NCBI GenBank assembly: GCA_016125005.1
Contig: WGMQ01000030.1
Coordinates: 101-64,100, forward strand
Direction of reading: 5' to 3'
Origin: a bacterium
GTDB lineage: Bacteria; Sumerlaeota; Sumerlaeia; SLMS01
DNA: 64,000 nucleotides
Shown: positions 9,001 through 18,478 of the stretch, in pieces
Position numbering within the stretch: the first letter of the stretch is position 1
How the letters are laid out: each line of letters starts with the position of its first letter
Position numbers and translations under genes: made by a program
Notes under the pieces: generated by a model
What the model was told of the DNA's origin: nothing
Seen by the model: only the letters and a program-made list of their open reading frames with translations
The model's database searches: none

Positions 9001-10359
9001 GTGCTCGGCAAACTTCTCTTTCCCACCATCGAGGAACTCATCAAGGAGCGCGATTTTCGCACTCTGAAGCAGACCCTTTCCACCCTGCCATCCGTCGATT
9101 TGGCCGACATCATGGCCGACGTGGACGAGGCCCAGATCTCCCTCATCTTCCGCCTCCTTCCCAAGGATAAGGCCACCGAGGTCTTCGAGTACCTCGACTT
9201 CGACGATCAGAAGATGCTCCTCCAGTCCCTATCCCGCGAGAAGGTGAAGGGCATCCTGGAAGAGATGAGCGTCGACGACCGCACGCAACTGCTCGACGAG
9301 GTTCCCCCCGAGGTGGCCTCGCAGCTCATCGAGCTTCTTCCCCCGCAGGATCGCCAGCTCGCCCAGACGATCCTCAACTACCCCGAGCACAGCGTTGGGC
9401 GCCTCATCACGCCCGACTACGTCTCCCTGCACCTCGACATGACCGTCCGCGAGGCGCTCGACCGCATCCGCACCTTCGGCAAGGACATGGAGACGGTCTA
9501 CGCCTGCTACATCATCGGCGAGCAGCGTCGCCTCCTCGGCTTCACCTCGCTCCGCAAGCTGGTGACAAGCCCGCTCGATGCCGTGGTGAAGGATTTCTAC
9601 GAGGACCACTTCGTGTTCCTCCGCACGGACACGCCCCAGGAAGAGGCCGTGGAAATGTTCCGGCGCTACGACCTGATTGCACTCCCGGTGCTCGACAGCG
9701 GCGGCAACATGGTCGGCATCGTGACCTTCGACGACATGATGGACGTCGCCATGGAAGAGTTCCGCGAGGACATGGAACTCATGGCCGCCGTTGTGCCCGG
9801 CGATTCCGATGAGAGCTTCCTCGACGAAAAACTTACTTCCCTCGTGTGGCGCCGCGTGCCGTGGCTCATCATGCTGCTCACGATCCAGGCCGTGGCCGCG
9901 CTGATCCTTGTCCGCTTCGAGTCACTGCTCGAAGCCTTCACCGCGCTGCTCTTCTTCCTCCCGGCCCTTACCGCCACGGGAGGCAACACGGGAACGCAAA
10001 GTTCCTCGATGGTGATTCGCGCCATCGCCACCGGCGAAATCAGCGATGCCGATCGCTGGATCGTGCTGCGCCGCGCCTTCATGGGGGGCATCATGCTCGC
10101 CACGATCCTTGGCACCGTCGGGTTCGTCATCTCCTTCGTCATCAAGCACGACCCAATGATCAGCCTGTGCGTTGCCTCCGGCCTGGCCGTGGTGGTCACG
10201 CTCTCGAACCTGGCGGGGAGCCTCCTGCCGATCGGTCTCAAGCGCTTTGGCTGGGACCCGGCGCTCATGAGCGGACCCTTCATCAGCACCATCACGGACA
10301 TCTTTGGCCTCTTCGTGTACTTGGAGATCAGCCGGTTCATCCTAAGGACCTTCGCGTGA
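9001..10359 (+). CDS. mgtE: magnesium transporter MgtE
   Basis: MgtE N-domain, a CBS pair (DYVSLHLDMTVREALDRIR; LIALPVLDSGGNMVGIVTFDDMMD) and the MgtE TM domain (TGGNTGTQSS). GTG start at 9001. Confidence 0.9.
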   Translation: MLGKLLFPTIEELIKERDFRTLKQTLSTLPSVDLADIMADVDEAQISLIFRLLPKDKATEVFEYLDFDDQKMLLQSLSREKVKGILEEMSVDDRTQLLDEVPPEVASQLIELLPPQDRQLAQTILNYPEHSVGRLITPDYVSLHLDMTVREALDRIRTFGKDMETVYACYIIGEQRRLLGFTSLRKLVTSPLDAVVKDFYEDHFVFLRTDTPQEEAVEMFRRYDLIALPVLDSGGNMVGIVTFDDMMDVAMEEFREDMELMAAVVPGDSDESFLDEKLTSLVWRRVPWLIMLLTIQAVAALILVRFESLLEAFTALLFFLPALTATGGNTGTQSSSMVIRAIATGEISDADRWIVLRRAFMGGIMLATILGTVGFVISFVIKHDPMISLCVASGLAVVVTLSNLAGSLLPIGLKRFGWDPALMSGPFISTITDIFGLFVYLEISRFILRTFA

Positions 10360-10361
10360 CC

Positions 10362-11687
10362 ATGACGTTGAGAAGTGCCGCCATCGGCGCCGTGGAGCGG
10401 CTCCAGCGGGCCGGACACGAGGCCTACCTCGTGGGCGGTTGCGTGCGTGACCGACTCCTTGGGCTGCCGGAAAAGGACTATGACATCGCGACGGGCGCCC
10501 GGCCCGAACAGGTCGCCGCTCTCTTCGACGGCACCAAGTTCGTCGGCGCCCGCTTCGGCGTGTCGCTCATCACGTTCGGCGATCATCAGTTCGAGGTCGC
10601 GACCTTTCGCCGCGATGGAATCTACGTCAACCACCGCCACCCCGAGTCGGTCGACTTCGGCACCGTCGAGGACGACTCGACCCGCCGCGACTTCACCATG
10701 AACGCCCTCTTCGAGGACCCGATCTCCGGCACGATTCGCGACTTCCACGGCGGACGCGAAGACCTGGCCCGCCGCGTCCTTCGCTGCGTCGGCGACCCGA
10801 CCGTGCGCTTTCGCGAGGATGCGCTGCGCCTCATGCGGGCCGTGCGCTTCGCCGCGCGTTTTGGCTTTACCATCGACGCGACCACCTGGCAGGCCATGTG
10901 CGACCTCGCCCCCACGATCCAGTACATCAGCCCCGAGCGCCACCGCGTCGAGCTGAACGCCATGCTCGTCCACCCATCCGCCTCCCGCGCCATCCGGCTC
11001 ATGGAGGACTGTGGCCTGCTGGAGTTCCTCCTGCCGGAAATCCGCGCCCTCCATGGCGTCGAGCAGGGCACCCAGTTCCACCCCGAGGGCGACGTCTTCG
11101 TCCACACCATGCTGGTGCTGGACCACGTCGAACCGCGCACGGTCGAAACCGTGTGGGGCGCGCTGCTGCACGACGTCGGCAAGCCCGCGACCTTTGCCCG
11201 CGACCCGGAAACGCGCCGCATCAGCTTCATCGACCACCAACGCATCGGCGCCGCGATGGCCGACGTGATCCTGGAACGGCTCCGCTTTTCCAACGAGGAA
11301 CGGGAGCGCATCAGCGCCATCGTGGCCCGCCACATGACCTTCATGGAATGCCGCAACATGAAGCAGTCGACGCTCCGCCGCTTCCTCTCCGGCCCCACCA
11401 TCGAGAGCGACCTGGCCGTCCACCGCGCCGACTGCCTCGGCTCGTCGGGCCAGCTCGACTACTGGGATTTCTGCCGCGAAGCGCTCGCCCGCCTCCCCGC
11501 CGAGCAACAGGTCATGCTCCCCAAACCGCTCATCGACGGCCGCGACGCCATCGCCGCCGGATTCCAACCCGGCCCCGCCCTCGGCCAACTGCTCCGCGAA
11601 GCCATGGACCTGCAACTCGACGGCCAACTCAACACCCGCGAGGAAGCGCTGAGTTGGCTGGCGGGGCGGGCGACCAGCGCGGGTTGA
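10362..11687 (+). CDS. cca: CCA-adding tRNA nucleotidyltransferase with HD domain
   Basis: Start moved to ATG 10362. MTLRSAAIGAVERLQRAGHEAYLVGGCVRDRLLG..DYDIAT is the nucleotidyltransferase head, RRDFTMNA is present, and LLHDVGKP is the HD domain. Confidence 0.85.
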   Translation: MTLRSAAIGAVERLQRAGHEAYLVGGCVRDRLLGLPEKDYDIATGARPEQVAALFDGTKFVGARFGVSLITFGDHQFEVATFRRDGIYVNHRHPESVDFGTVEDDSTRRDFTMNALFEDPISGTIRDFHGGREDLARRVLRCVGDPTVRFREDALRLMRAVRFAARFGFTIDATTWQAMCDLAPTIQYISPERHRVELNAMLVHPSASRAIRLMEDCGLLEFLLPEIRALHGVEQGTQFHPEGDVFVHTMLVLDHVEPRTVETVWGALLHDVGKPATFARDPETRRISFIDHQRIGAAMADVILERLRFSNEERERISAIVARHMTFMECRNMKQSTLRRFLSGPTIESDLAVHRADCLGSSGQLDYWDFCREALARLPAEQQVMLPKPLIDGRDAIAAGFQPGPALGQLLREAMDLQLDGQLNTREEALSWLAGRATSAG

Positions 11688-11701
11688 AGCCCATTCAATG
11701 A

Positions 11702-11953
11702 GCAGGTAAAACGCAACGCGGTCCGATTCCCCCGGACTTCATGTTCCCACCGACCCCTGCCGAGAAGGCGGAGGTGGTCACAATTTGCGACCACCTCCAG
11801 AACCTCAAGCTATCTCCCAACTTGCCCAACGCGTTTACCGAACACGGCGCCATCATGGCCGCCAATGTGCCCAACGCGGATCAGGCCGTTGAGATGAGCG
11901 TCCACACCGTCCGCACCTTCGTCCGCCTCCGCGAAGCCGTCACGCACCATTGA
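11702..11953 (+). pseudogene. 5-prime-truncated ORF6N/KilA-N-type DNA-binding protein gene
   Basis: VTICDHLQNLKLSPNLPNAFTEHGAIMAANVPNADQAVEMSVHTVRTFVRLRE matches the C-terminal two thirds of ORF6N-domain proteins. In-frame upstream codons (KTQRGPIPPDFMF) still resemble the family but run into the stop at 11699-11701 just after cca, so the N-terminal third is missing. Confidence 0.6.
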
Positions 11954-12020
11954 GGTGGCGAGTAGCGTGCTGATTTTCTGGGATTATGGCGATTATTGGT
12001 GTCCTCACCCCATGAATCGC

Positions 12021-15000
12021 TCAGTCCAAGCGTCTCCGCTCATCCTCGCGCTTCGCCGAGTAGTCATAGCTCTCGGCGACCATGTGAAGGACGCGTGCGG
12101 CCCTTGGGTACTTCGATTCAACTCTCTCGGCTTTGGCCCGATACGAGGCTGCAAGCGCTCGCTCCTGATCACCGCCCTCGTACAGTGCTTTACTGAACAC
12201 ACCGCGTTGTTTGCTGATCCCAACCGCCATTCTGTTCTCAAGCTCAGGCGAAGTCAAATACTCCATCAGTTCGCATACTGCTGCGCACGGCCAACACCCG
12301 TCCGCGTCCGCTGGTGAATGGGAAAGCACTTCCCCCAAGTACGAGTCGCAAAGGGGGAGGCGTCCCCATTCCTTTGCGGTCTCTCGCACAGTCCCGACCC
12401 ACACGAACAAGTCGCTTCGGTCTACTGCGCCATCCTTCATACCGGGGATCCGCCTCCAGCAGCGCAGAAGTCGATAGGCTCGGAGTGCAAGCCCCCTCTG
12501 CTCCTCTGAAACTGGTTCAACGTCGTCGCTTCCTTCGACCTTGGGCAGGCCGTATGCAAGTCGGAAAACGCCAAGGAAGAAAGATGTATCCTCAGCCATC
12601 ATCTCGTGCAGAGTTTCGGGTTCGGCCCCATGCCCATCGAGGAACGCGAGAAAGGCGAACTCTAGGCGAGCCAGCCTCGCTCTGTCGCAACCCTCCGAAC
12701 GCTGGAGGTGTCGAAACAGTTCCCGAATCTCGTAGCTGAGCAAGCCTACCTGCTGCTGGTCGAACTCGCCAGAAGCCAATCCGGCGTACAGGGCTTCGAG
12801 GGCCTGTGCGGCGAATCCCTCATCCAAGGACGACTGTCGTGAGTGCATGCCGAGGTTCTTGACAACAGCGTCGGCTCTGCCGTTGGTGAGGAGTAGTTGG
12901 TTTCCGAGCTGAAAGTCACCGTCTCGTTCGAAGAGGAAGCCGTTGTTTCGTCGCCAAAACGCAGTCCGGATGCTCTCGGCGAACCTCGCAACGCGGTCCC
13001 AAGTGGCCTTCTCCATTGGAAGCGCGAGCAGGAGGTTGACAATCGCGGTCTCGGTCCATTGCCCGAAGTCGATCTCGTCGATCCAAGCCGTGCCGCTGCT
13101 CACACGCAGCCCCACGACAAATGCAGAAGCGGCGGCACGGAGCTTCGAAGACTCGGTCTCTAAGGCGCTTGGCAGAAGCGCGGTGTGCGGGACCAGATTA
13201 TCCCTGCCCAGAAGAAAACCCACCGCGTTCGCATCTTCGACCTCTTCAATCAGTCGGACGATGGCGTCACTCCCGCCCGAAGTGAGCAACTCCTTCAAGA
13301 ATGCGACCTGCATCTGGTCGAGCTTCTTCCTTTGCTGATCGAATCCCCCGGCTCCGTTGTCGCGCAGATCTTCCACCAGAAACAGCGCATCGCGGTCGAA
13401 GAGATGCTTGCCGAGAAGTACTGCATCCTTCGGCGCAAAGAGGTCTGCTAGCTTTTCCAAGGCACCCACCTGTTCCATTGCCATCGCCCACTCCGCATCG
13501 CGAAACGCTCGATGCTTGCGAACGATCTCCATCGTCCCTTCCCAGATCTCGGCCCGGACGTCCTCTAGTGTCTCTGAGCTGGCGACCTCACGCATGCGCT
13601 GCTCAAATCCAAGTGCCTCGACCTCAGAAAGCTGCGGATAGATTTCTAGAAGGAGCAGGATTGCCTGGGGGTCCCACACCGTCCTCGCCAGCAGCAGGCG
13701 ATAGGCCTCCAAGTGCGTTTGGGCAACGTCACGGTTCGTCAGCGAAGTCTTTTCGAGATGCCACGTGCGCACCGAAGGACGCGGGTTGTTCATGCACGAG
13801 TCGTGGAGGCTAGGCAGAAGGGAGACCAAAAGGGCCTTTCCTGGCCCCGGAAAGCGCCCGATGACTGTTCGCAGGCTCTCGATTCGCTTGTCGATAGTCG
13901 CTGCCGTCTCCGGACACCATGCACGATAGAGACTCAGCAGGGAGTCCGCAGGGCGGTTAGCGAGGCGACCTCCGGGATCGAACTCTGCAAGCTGGGCGAG
14001 GATCAGTGCAGCTCGCGTCAGAAACTTCGGGCTCCACGCAACACACTCCAGTGCCCAAAGAAGCTGGGTGTGTGCACTGTGCGAAAAAAAGCTGTCCTTG
14101 TCGTTGGAGTCGGTGAAGAAGGCATAGCAGTGGGGAGAATCCCGTCGAAGGTCCTTCTCAAGTGCGGAGAGGAACGCGTCGGGCGCAGCCTCGGCCAGCA
14201 GCATGAAGAAGGGTTCCAGAGAGAGCCACTGCTGAAGGCTCGTCTCGTCCAGAAGATCCCGGACAATAGCGTGTGCATGACCCGCGACCGTGCTGATGGT
14301 GGCGCTTGTGGCGTTGGAATCTACAGCGCCCAGCAGCGCGAGTGTCTCCACCATTCCCTTCCGCAGCGATTTCGAGAACTTGGGCTGAATGCCCTTGATC
14401 GAAGCGAACCACCGCTCTTTTTCCTCCATGTCGAGGGTAGGATCGATCTCCCCGAGAACTTCCATGCAGACATTCTGGAATGCCTCCATGTCGTCTCGGG
14501 TGACGTGCGGGAGCACCAGCTCCCACAGCGGCTGCCGGGTCGCCTGGCTCCATGTCGTGCCAGCCGACAGAAATGGAGCTTCTTCCGCGTCGACCAGTGC
14601 CTGGAGCGGAAGTATGGCGTCAGCGTATGGCTTGCTCGTCAACTTCTCGATCATCGCGCGGTCCGCTGCGTTGCTGTCATCCCACGAACCAACCATCACC
14701 AGACGCACGAGACCGCGAAGCGTCGCAGCGGTTGCCCACTCCGGACGAGCACGATGCGCCGTACTGGCCAAGAGCCGCTTCAAGACTGAAGTCGAACCGC
14801 CGCACTCCTTGGCGGTGCGATGCGCGGCGTCATCCTCCACGCCGCCCTTCTTCAAAGCCTCTGCAAGCTCATACTGATAGGCGCGATTGAGGCTCTTCCC
14901 GAGTCGCTCGTCGGCGATCCCTCTTACCGGGAGAAGGACATGGTGACCGTTCGCAACGGCAGCAGCGATCGATCCCTGATCGAGGCTAAGGCGGCTGTGG

Positions 15001-15818
15001 GCTATGAGGACAAGCCCCGGGCTGTCCTTCAGTTGCCGCGAGGCGTAGGCGTCCCACGCTTCTGGCTTCGTCACGATGATGGTTCGTGCTTGCAACTCTT
15101 CCCGGCGCCCTTCGGGAAGGGACGCGACCCAGGCCGCATAGAAGTCCGGAACCTCGTCAGGTGAGTAGGCAGAGAAGGTGAGATCCCCGGGGCCAGCCGC
15201 AATCCACTTCTCCAGATCCTCTACAGGGCCCTTTCGGGAACACAGAAACACTTCGGGTGGAAGCGCTGGCTTTGTGCTAGCTTGCATCGCCCTCCAGTGC
15301 GTGGCGAGGTCCAAGGCGCCCTGCGGCTTGATGCCGATGTACTCCGAAAACCATAGGTCCACAGCAGGGGCAGTTTCCAACCACTGTTCCAGATCGCTGC
15401 AGTCGTAGGCACGAACCAACGAGAATTTGGAGGACGCTTCTACGGACTTTTCCCAATCGTGCTTCTTCTGCCAGTGGCGAGGGGTGATGAAGATGAAAGA
15501 GGCGTCAGACTGAGAAGTTAGCTCGGCGTTCCGCTTTGCGAATTCTCCATCGGCCTTCCCCTTCGAATTAGCGGTGACGCCCATCTCCCAGTAACTCAGA
15601 CCTTTCGGGACAAAGGCCGATGCCGCACGGCAAAAAACCCGTCCGTCGAAGCCGGGACGCTGAACTTGCTCTCCGCATGGGAAGTCGATCAGCTCACAAG
15701 TGTTGTTGGTCGCAAGGACCAGCCGCCGGACCAAGCGCGGAAGTTCGGACCGAGCGCCGCCCGATTCAGCCCAACGCTCGACGTCGGTCGCCTTGGTAAG
15801 GGAAATGTGACGCATCAT
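12021..15818 (-). CDS. orphan 1265-aa protein: ~190-aa globular N-domain, flavodoxin-like alpha/beta module, ~900 aa of helical repeats
   Basis: Uninterrupted 1327-codon frame in a stretch with lower G+C (52-57% in spot counts). Start set at tandem ATGs 15818/15815 immediately after GGGAGGG. I see no Walker A, HExxH, HxH or other catalytic signature. The C-terminus is EGGDQERALAASYRAKAERVESKYPRAARVLHMVAESYDYSAKREDERRRLD. Confidence 0.8.
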   Translation of the reverse strand: MMRHISLTKATDVERWAESGGARSELPRLVRRLVLATNNTCELIDFPCGEQVQRPGFDGRVFCRAASAFVPKGLSYWEMGVTANSKGKADGEFAKRNAELTSQSDASFIFITPRHWQKKHDWEKSVEASSKFSLVRAYDCSDLEQWLETAPAVDLWFSEYIGIKPQGALDLATHWRAMQASTKPALPPEVFLCSRKGPVEDLEKWIAAGPGDLTFSAYSPDEVPDFYAAWVASLPEGRREELQARTIIVTKPEAWDAYASRQLKDSPGLVLIAHSRLSLDQGSIAAAVANGHHVLLPVRGIADERLGKSLNRAYQYELAEALKKGGVEDDAAHRTAKECGGSTSVLKRLLASTAHRARPEWATAATLRGLVRLVMVGSWDDSNAADRAMIEKLTSKPYADAILPLQALVDAEEAPFLSAGTTWSQATRQPLWELVLPHVTRDDMEAFQNVCMEVLGEIDPTLDMEEKERWFASIKGIQPKFSKSLRKGMVETLALLGAVDSNATSATISTVAGHAHAIVRDLLDETSLQQWLSLEPFFMLLAEAAPDAFLSALEKDLRRDSPHCYAFFTDSNDKDSFFSHSAHTQLLWALECVAWSPKFLTRAALILAQLAEFDPGGRLANRPADSLLSLYRAWCPETAATIDKRIESLRTVIGRFPGPGKALLVSLLPSLHDSCMNNPRPSVRTWHLEKTSLTNRDVAQTHLEAYRLLLARTVWDPQAILLLLEIYPQLSEVEALGFEQRMREVASSETLEDVRAEIWEGTMEIVRKHRAFRDAEWAMAMEQVGALEKLADLFAPKDAVLLGKHLFDRDALFLVEDLRDNGAGGFDQQRKKLDQMQVAFLKELLTSGGSDAIVRLIEEVEDANAVGFLLGRDNLVPHTALLPSALETESSKLRAAASAFVVGLRVSSGTAWIDEIDFGQWTETAIVNLLLALPMEKATWDRVARFAESIRTAFWRRNNGFLFERDGDFQLGNQLLLTNGRADAVVKNLGMHSRQSSLDEGFAAQALEALYAGLASGEFDQQQVGLLSYEIRELFRHLQRSEGCDRARLARLEFAFLAFLDGHGAEPETLHEMMAEDTSFFLGVFRLAYGLPKVEGSDDVEPVSEEQRGLALRAYRLLRCWRRIPGMKDGAVDRSDLFVWVGTVRETAKEWGRLPLCDSYLGEVLSHSPADADGCWPCAAVCELMEYLTSPELENRMAVGISKQRGVFSKALYEGGDQERALAASYRAKAERVESKYPRAARVLHMVAESYDYSAKREDERRRLD

Positions 15819-16034
15819 AACCCTCCCGTTAACGCGCGGTGGCGCAGAGAACTCATTAGGGCCTCGTTCTGGTGAAAGGGAACCTCTGACCTGACCATGC
15901 ACGCTTCCCTGTTGCGACGCCAGCGTGTTTCTTTCGCGGCTGAGGCTTACCTGTCGGGCTCTGAGGGCGCGGTTGCCTTCGGAGATGGTGAGCAAAGACC
16001 CCAAGTGCGGTCTGTTCCCTCAACTTCACGAGTC

Positions 16035-16110
16035 CTGTATAGACAGGCGTCCGCAGCGGCGCCAAGGCTTGAGTGCGCACATCCGAGAGGCTGACCATCT
16101 GTCTATACAA
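16035..16110. repeat. inverted pair of the 12-mer CTGTCTATACA(G/A), 52 bp apart, in the vapC / giant-gene spacer
   Basis: CTGTATAGACAG at 16035-16046 and CTGTCTATACAA at 16099-16110. The reverse complement of the first matches the second at 11 of 12 positions. Confidence 0.75.
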
Positions 16111-16140
16111 GAAGGAAGCGGGCGAAAGTGCAGAGTTTCC

Positions 16141-16545
16141 CTAGTGGGTGGTCAGGACTCTCAGACCGCTGATTCCTGGGAAATCTTGGGAATTGTGGGT
16201 GATCAGTGGACATGCAAGATCGACCGCCGTCGCGGCGATCCATGCGTCCTCGGGGTGAATGGGAGTGCCTTGACGCGCTCTCTCCGAGCGGATTTCAGCC
16301 CACAGATTGCATGTATGCAGATCCGGAAACGCGACCTCATAGTCTCCGACAAAGAAGGCGAGATCTGCCCTGCGGCGACGTCCCCAGTTCGCACTGCTCG
16401 CCCAAAGGCTCAATTCGGCCATCGTCTGGAACGAGATGATCAGGTACTCAAAGGTCGTCAGGATCGGGAGATAGCCAAGACCGCGCGTGTCTTTCCTGAA
16501 CAGGTAGGAGATCACGTTGGTGTCGACTACCGCGGCACACTCCAT
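16141..16545 (-). CDS. vapC: PIN-domain ribonuclease toxin (VapC family)
   Basis: MECAAVVDTNVISYLF, then TMAELS, then EDAWIAATAV, then ITHNSQDF gives the PIN acidic quartet in order. ATG 16545 overlaps the upstream stop by 1 nt (TGATG), as is usual for TA pairs. Confidence 0.85.
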   Translation of the reverse strand: MECAAVVDTNVISYLFRKDTRGLGYLPILTTFEYLIISFQTMAELSLWASSANWGRRRRADLAFFVGDYEVAFPDLHTCNLWAEIRSERARQGTPIHPEDAWIAATAVDLACPLITHNSQDFPGISGLRVLTTH

Positions 16546-16757
16546 CAGGTGCGGCAACCCCGGCCGCGCAAGGAGTCGAGGAACTCGTCCACGTCTGCCT
16601 CTCCCGGCTGCCAGTCGTCAGGAACGCGGGAAAGCATCTCCGCCACGGAAAATGGCCGGAGGCGGGAGCTCCGGGTAAGCTCCAAGGCACGGCGATGGGT
16701 CCGATCCTCCGACGCGTCTGCCGTGGACTTCCTATCTGTAGTGGTTGACTGCTCCAT
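16545..16757 (-). CDS. putative VapB-type antitoxin (fold not recognised)
   Basis: 70-aa ORF directly upstream of and overlapping vapC. AGGAGG lies 11 nt upstream of ATG 16757. Acidic C-terminus (DDWQPGEADVDEFLDSL). Called by position only. Confidence 0.6.
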   Translation of the reverse strand: MEQSTTTDRKSTADASEDRTHRRALELTRSSRLRPFSVAEMLSRVPDDWQPGEADVDEFLDSLRGRGCRT

Positions 16758-17221
16758 TCGGATTCCCCTCCTGACTTGGCTTGAGTGTGCATCACTGGTG
16801 GTCTCTTGACAAGGGCGTTGGCATGCCGCCCCGATTCAACCTCGCGCCCAACCGCAAAATCGCTGATTGTCCTCTTCGTTCCCCCCCGCCCGCTGCGACC
16901 CTTCCTGGGTCGACTCCAATCGTGTGTGGTCCGGTGGTGTCGGCCTGTACGGCCTCAACGTACCGGCTATTCGCTGGCATCCCTTCAGGATGTTTCCTGC
17001 GCCGGGCTGCTCGGTTCGTTCAGCCCACTCACAGTCGGCGTTCCGTCCCAGGTGGGCGGGGGACGGGACACCCTCGCGAGAGGCCATGCTTGAGAAAGCG
17101 CATTGCCCCGGCAGCGCCCGAATGGAATCGTGAGAATAGTGGCGAATCAGGTAGGTACACCTGCTGTGCGTCGAAATCCGCTTCGCCAATCCGGATCCAG
17201 TCAAAGGGACTAAACCATATC

Positions 17222-18190
17222 ATGAAACCAACCTTGTGTTTTCTAAATCCCCTCCTGCTCGCACTCCCGTCGCTTGTGTTTGCCGATGCCGAGTCGATGA
17301 ACTTCTCAACACGAACAGAGATTCGGGAAGCTCTGGCGGCGAAGCGTTTTGAGAAGTACCCCGATCTGCCACCGCAGGTGGTTGACCGAGCGGTTGATTC
17401 ATCGCTTTCCCTGCTGACTCGGTTCGATGATCTGCCCCGGCACCAAGCTCTTGAGGACCGCCTGGTAGCAGGCGCCCTGCTCTGGACCGAGTCGATGCAG
17501 CCGAGTGCCTTTTCCGGCGAGCAACCAGAGGGTACGGAGATCGTTCCCTCGATCACACAGGCGGTGGACGGCACCCGCGCACTGTTGTCGGAAATGACTC
17601 CTGAGGAGTACATCGCCCGTCTGGATCGTCTGAAGACTCACGCCGATTCCAGTATGGCCACGATTGACCGGGTGCTGCGCGAAGAGCTCGCCAGTCACGA
17701 TACGCTGGAATTGTGCGTCGAATTCCTCCCTCCCGAACTCCTGACGGCCCATCAGTGGCTCGCAAAGGAAACATCGACCTGCAATCGTGCGGCCGATGCG
17801 GGTGACACGATTTTGGATGCCTACTATGCCGCGCAGGTCTGCCGAGCGTCCCAGAGGATGGAAATGGCACTGCAGGGCATCTATCTGAATGCGCTCTTCG
17901 CTGGCCAGTTCATTCAGAAGATGGATCAACACCCCATGACGATGGCAGATTACGAGGCTGGGTGCCGAGAATTCATCCATCAACGGTTCGATACTCTTCC
18001 CCACGCTGGGATTGGCACGATGGAGGTGGAGTTGATCTATTTTCCACTCACTGAGTTCTCCCTCGGCATCCTCACCCCCGAGACCTTGCCTCGAAAGATG
18101 GTCATCGTGCCTCCCGGGCAGACCGGCTGCCAGGCAGGCACCATTGTCTGGAATCATCCCATGAGTAGAATTGCTTTCCCCTCCCAATGA
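17222..18190 (+). CDS. hypothetical exported protein
   Basis: Start moved to ATG 17222. MKPTLCFLNPLLLALPSLVFADAES is a signal peptide. The rest is helical and no family is recognised. Confidence 0.6.
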   Translation: MKPTLCFLNPLLLALPSLVFADAESMNFSTRTEIREALAAKRFEKYPDLPPQVVDRAVDSSLSLLTRFDDLPRHQALEDRLVAGALLWTESMQPSAFSGEQPEGTEIVPSITQAVDGTRALLSEMTPEEYIARLDRLKTHADSSMATIDRVLREELASHDTLELCVEFLPPELLTAHQWLAKETSTCNRAADAGDTILDAYYAAQVCRASQRMEMALQGIYLNALFAGQFIQKMDQHPMTMADYEAGCREFIHQRFDTLPHAGIGTMEVELIYFPLTEFSLGILTPETLPRKMVIVPPGQTGCQAGTIVWNHPMSRIAFPSQ

Positions 18191-18478
18191 TCCAAGAGCC
18201 TGCCGGGGGGTAGTGGCTGGCTGATTGAGGCTCTCCTTGATCTGCCGATACTGCTCCCCCCGGCCTCAGAGGATGGCGACCTCAGGGGGTCTCCCCGCTT
18301 CACCCACCCCCCTCTTTTCCCCACATCTTTTTTTTCCACAAATCTCTTGATGCTGTCCGTGTCGAGTGCCCATGACTCGACAAAATCCTGCCGGACTCGC
18401 TGCATCGCGTGATGCAGTAGGGCTGTGCAGGGGGCGCCGTCGACCCGGCAGCTCACCGACTCTCCCGGAGGTTGCTCC

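Noticed and set aside
9666-11627. Very long ORFs opposite or out of frame to real genes, for example 9666-11627 (-), 19215-21242 (-), 26034-28715 (+), 42602-44014 (-), 53028-54119 (-) and 47874-48647 (-).
   Set aside because: Their translations are Arg/Gly/Ala/Pro-rich and low in complexity, with no motifs, and each overlaps a gene with clear family signatures. This is the usual stop-codon-poor artefact of high-GC DNA.
15819-16004. 62-codon N-terminal extension of the giant ORF (TTG at 16004).
   Set aside because: The extension is Ser/Arg/Gly-rich filler starting at TTG. A strong GGGAGGG precedes the tandem ATGs at 15818/15815, where the globular domain begins.
11725-16777. Possible att-like direct repeats bounding the islet: GATTCCCC..GACTT at 11725-11739 and 16761-16777.
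   Set aside because: Only 13 matching bases with an indel. The right copy overlaps the antitoxin Shine-Dalgarno region. This is too weak to distinguish from chance, and no integrase is present.
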